From Macrostomum hystrix (Eukaryota; Animalia; Platyhelminthes): DNA of 64,000 bases. Each line of letters opens with the position of its first letter. Within the stretch, counting starts at the first letter, position 1. Below are positions 63,237 through 64,000 of the stretch, one piece after another. Both the position numbers and the translations under genes were made by a program. The stretch covers positions 18,538,001-18,602,000 of the forward strand of contig CATNEN010000038.1 of the NCBI GenBank assembly GCA_950097015.1, given 5' to 3'. The notes under the pieces are model-generated. The model did no database searches. It saw only the letters and a program-made list of their open reading frames with translations, and was not told the DNA's origin.

Positions 63237-63650
63237 TTAGTCTAATCTCTCACAGGGGGCGCTAGCAGAAATTTGGAGTGTAATTCAGAAAGCGAATTTT
63301 AAAGAGACTTCCATGAGACATATGCAAACTGGTCCAAACCGGTTCTTCAATTCAGTTGAATCTAGAATATAGAAAATGCTGCATCGTTATATTTTTTTAA
63401 GTACAGACGTTCGTCTCTGCAGCCGTCTCTTCTGCTTTTTCGACGGCGTTAAAACTGCTGCTACAGACGAATCAATTCTGTATCGAATTGCCAAGCAGTC
63501 ACGACCTAGCGAAGTGACGATTTGGACCTTGGCTCCTCGCGACTACAAAAGGCGAGACTCGCTCGCATGCATCTCTCCACTTCACTTGTTTTGAAGCGCA
63601 ATAGATTATCCAGGCTTTAACAGATCACAATAGGCTATTAACTAGAAAGC

Positions 63651-63960
63651 ATGCTCGGCCTAGACTTTTTAGATTATGTGCAGAAATGGCAGATTTCGCA
63701 TTATGTCAGCGTGGAAGATTTCTCAGACAAATTCAACTCGCTGCTCAGCACCCTGCTGTTAATTCTGTGCGCTTTGGTGATTTCCGCCAAGCAGTACGTC
63801 ATGCAGGCTCTAAGCTGCAATTGTCCGAAGACCAACGCAGGCAAGACGATTGAGTACGTGGAGAACTTCTGTTGGGTCACCGGCACCTACGCGCTGGCAG
63901 AGCACGAGGAGCTGCCGAAATATGACGCCGGATGGAAACAGTTGGAGCAGCGGAAAATCA
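63651..63960 (+). CDS. Innexin (gap-junction protein), first coding exon; continues beyond the window
   Basis: MLGLDFLDYVQKWQISHYVSVEDFSDKFNSLLSTLLLILCALVISAKQYVMQALSCNCP...YVENFCWVTGTY matches the innexin EDFxD, KQY..I/LxC and YxxxxCW motifs. Donor GTGAGT at 63961. Absent from the ORF track. Confidence 0.93.
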
Positions 63961-64000
63961 GTGAGTCTCGTGACACTTTGGGAAACACCGAAGCTAAAAA

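Overview
This is eukaryotic (metazoan) genomic DNA with GT-AG introns, not prokaryotic. The gene set (innexin, amidated-neuropeptide precursor, Mondo, MKLP1), GC-rich exons and minisatellite-filled introns suggest an invertebrate, plausibly a free-living flatworm such as Macrostomum (inference only). In order, the window holds: the 3' half of a BEL/Pao LTR retrotransposon inside an intron of a GPSM/LGN/Pins gene (-); a decayed THAP/P-element with intact TIRs and an 8-bp TSD; three co-oriented (-) genes, cereblon, KIF23/MKLP1 and Mondo/MLXIP; a pseudogenised Crypton-type tyrosine recombinase; a 6-copy VFRWamide neuropeptide precursor; a divergent ILRUN-like gene; two convergent, apparently paralogous membrane mucins; a candidate 42-aa single-TM microprotein; and the first exon of an innexin. 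Three tRNA-derived SINE families and several MITEs are interspersed. The main leads are intron-private minisatellites that amplify splice-site sequences, a TIR element found twice inside the same SINE family, the microprotein, the VFRWamide precursor, and a Mondo basic region with unusual substitutions. All calls come from manual reading; no database searches were run.
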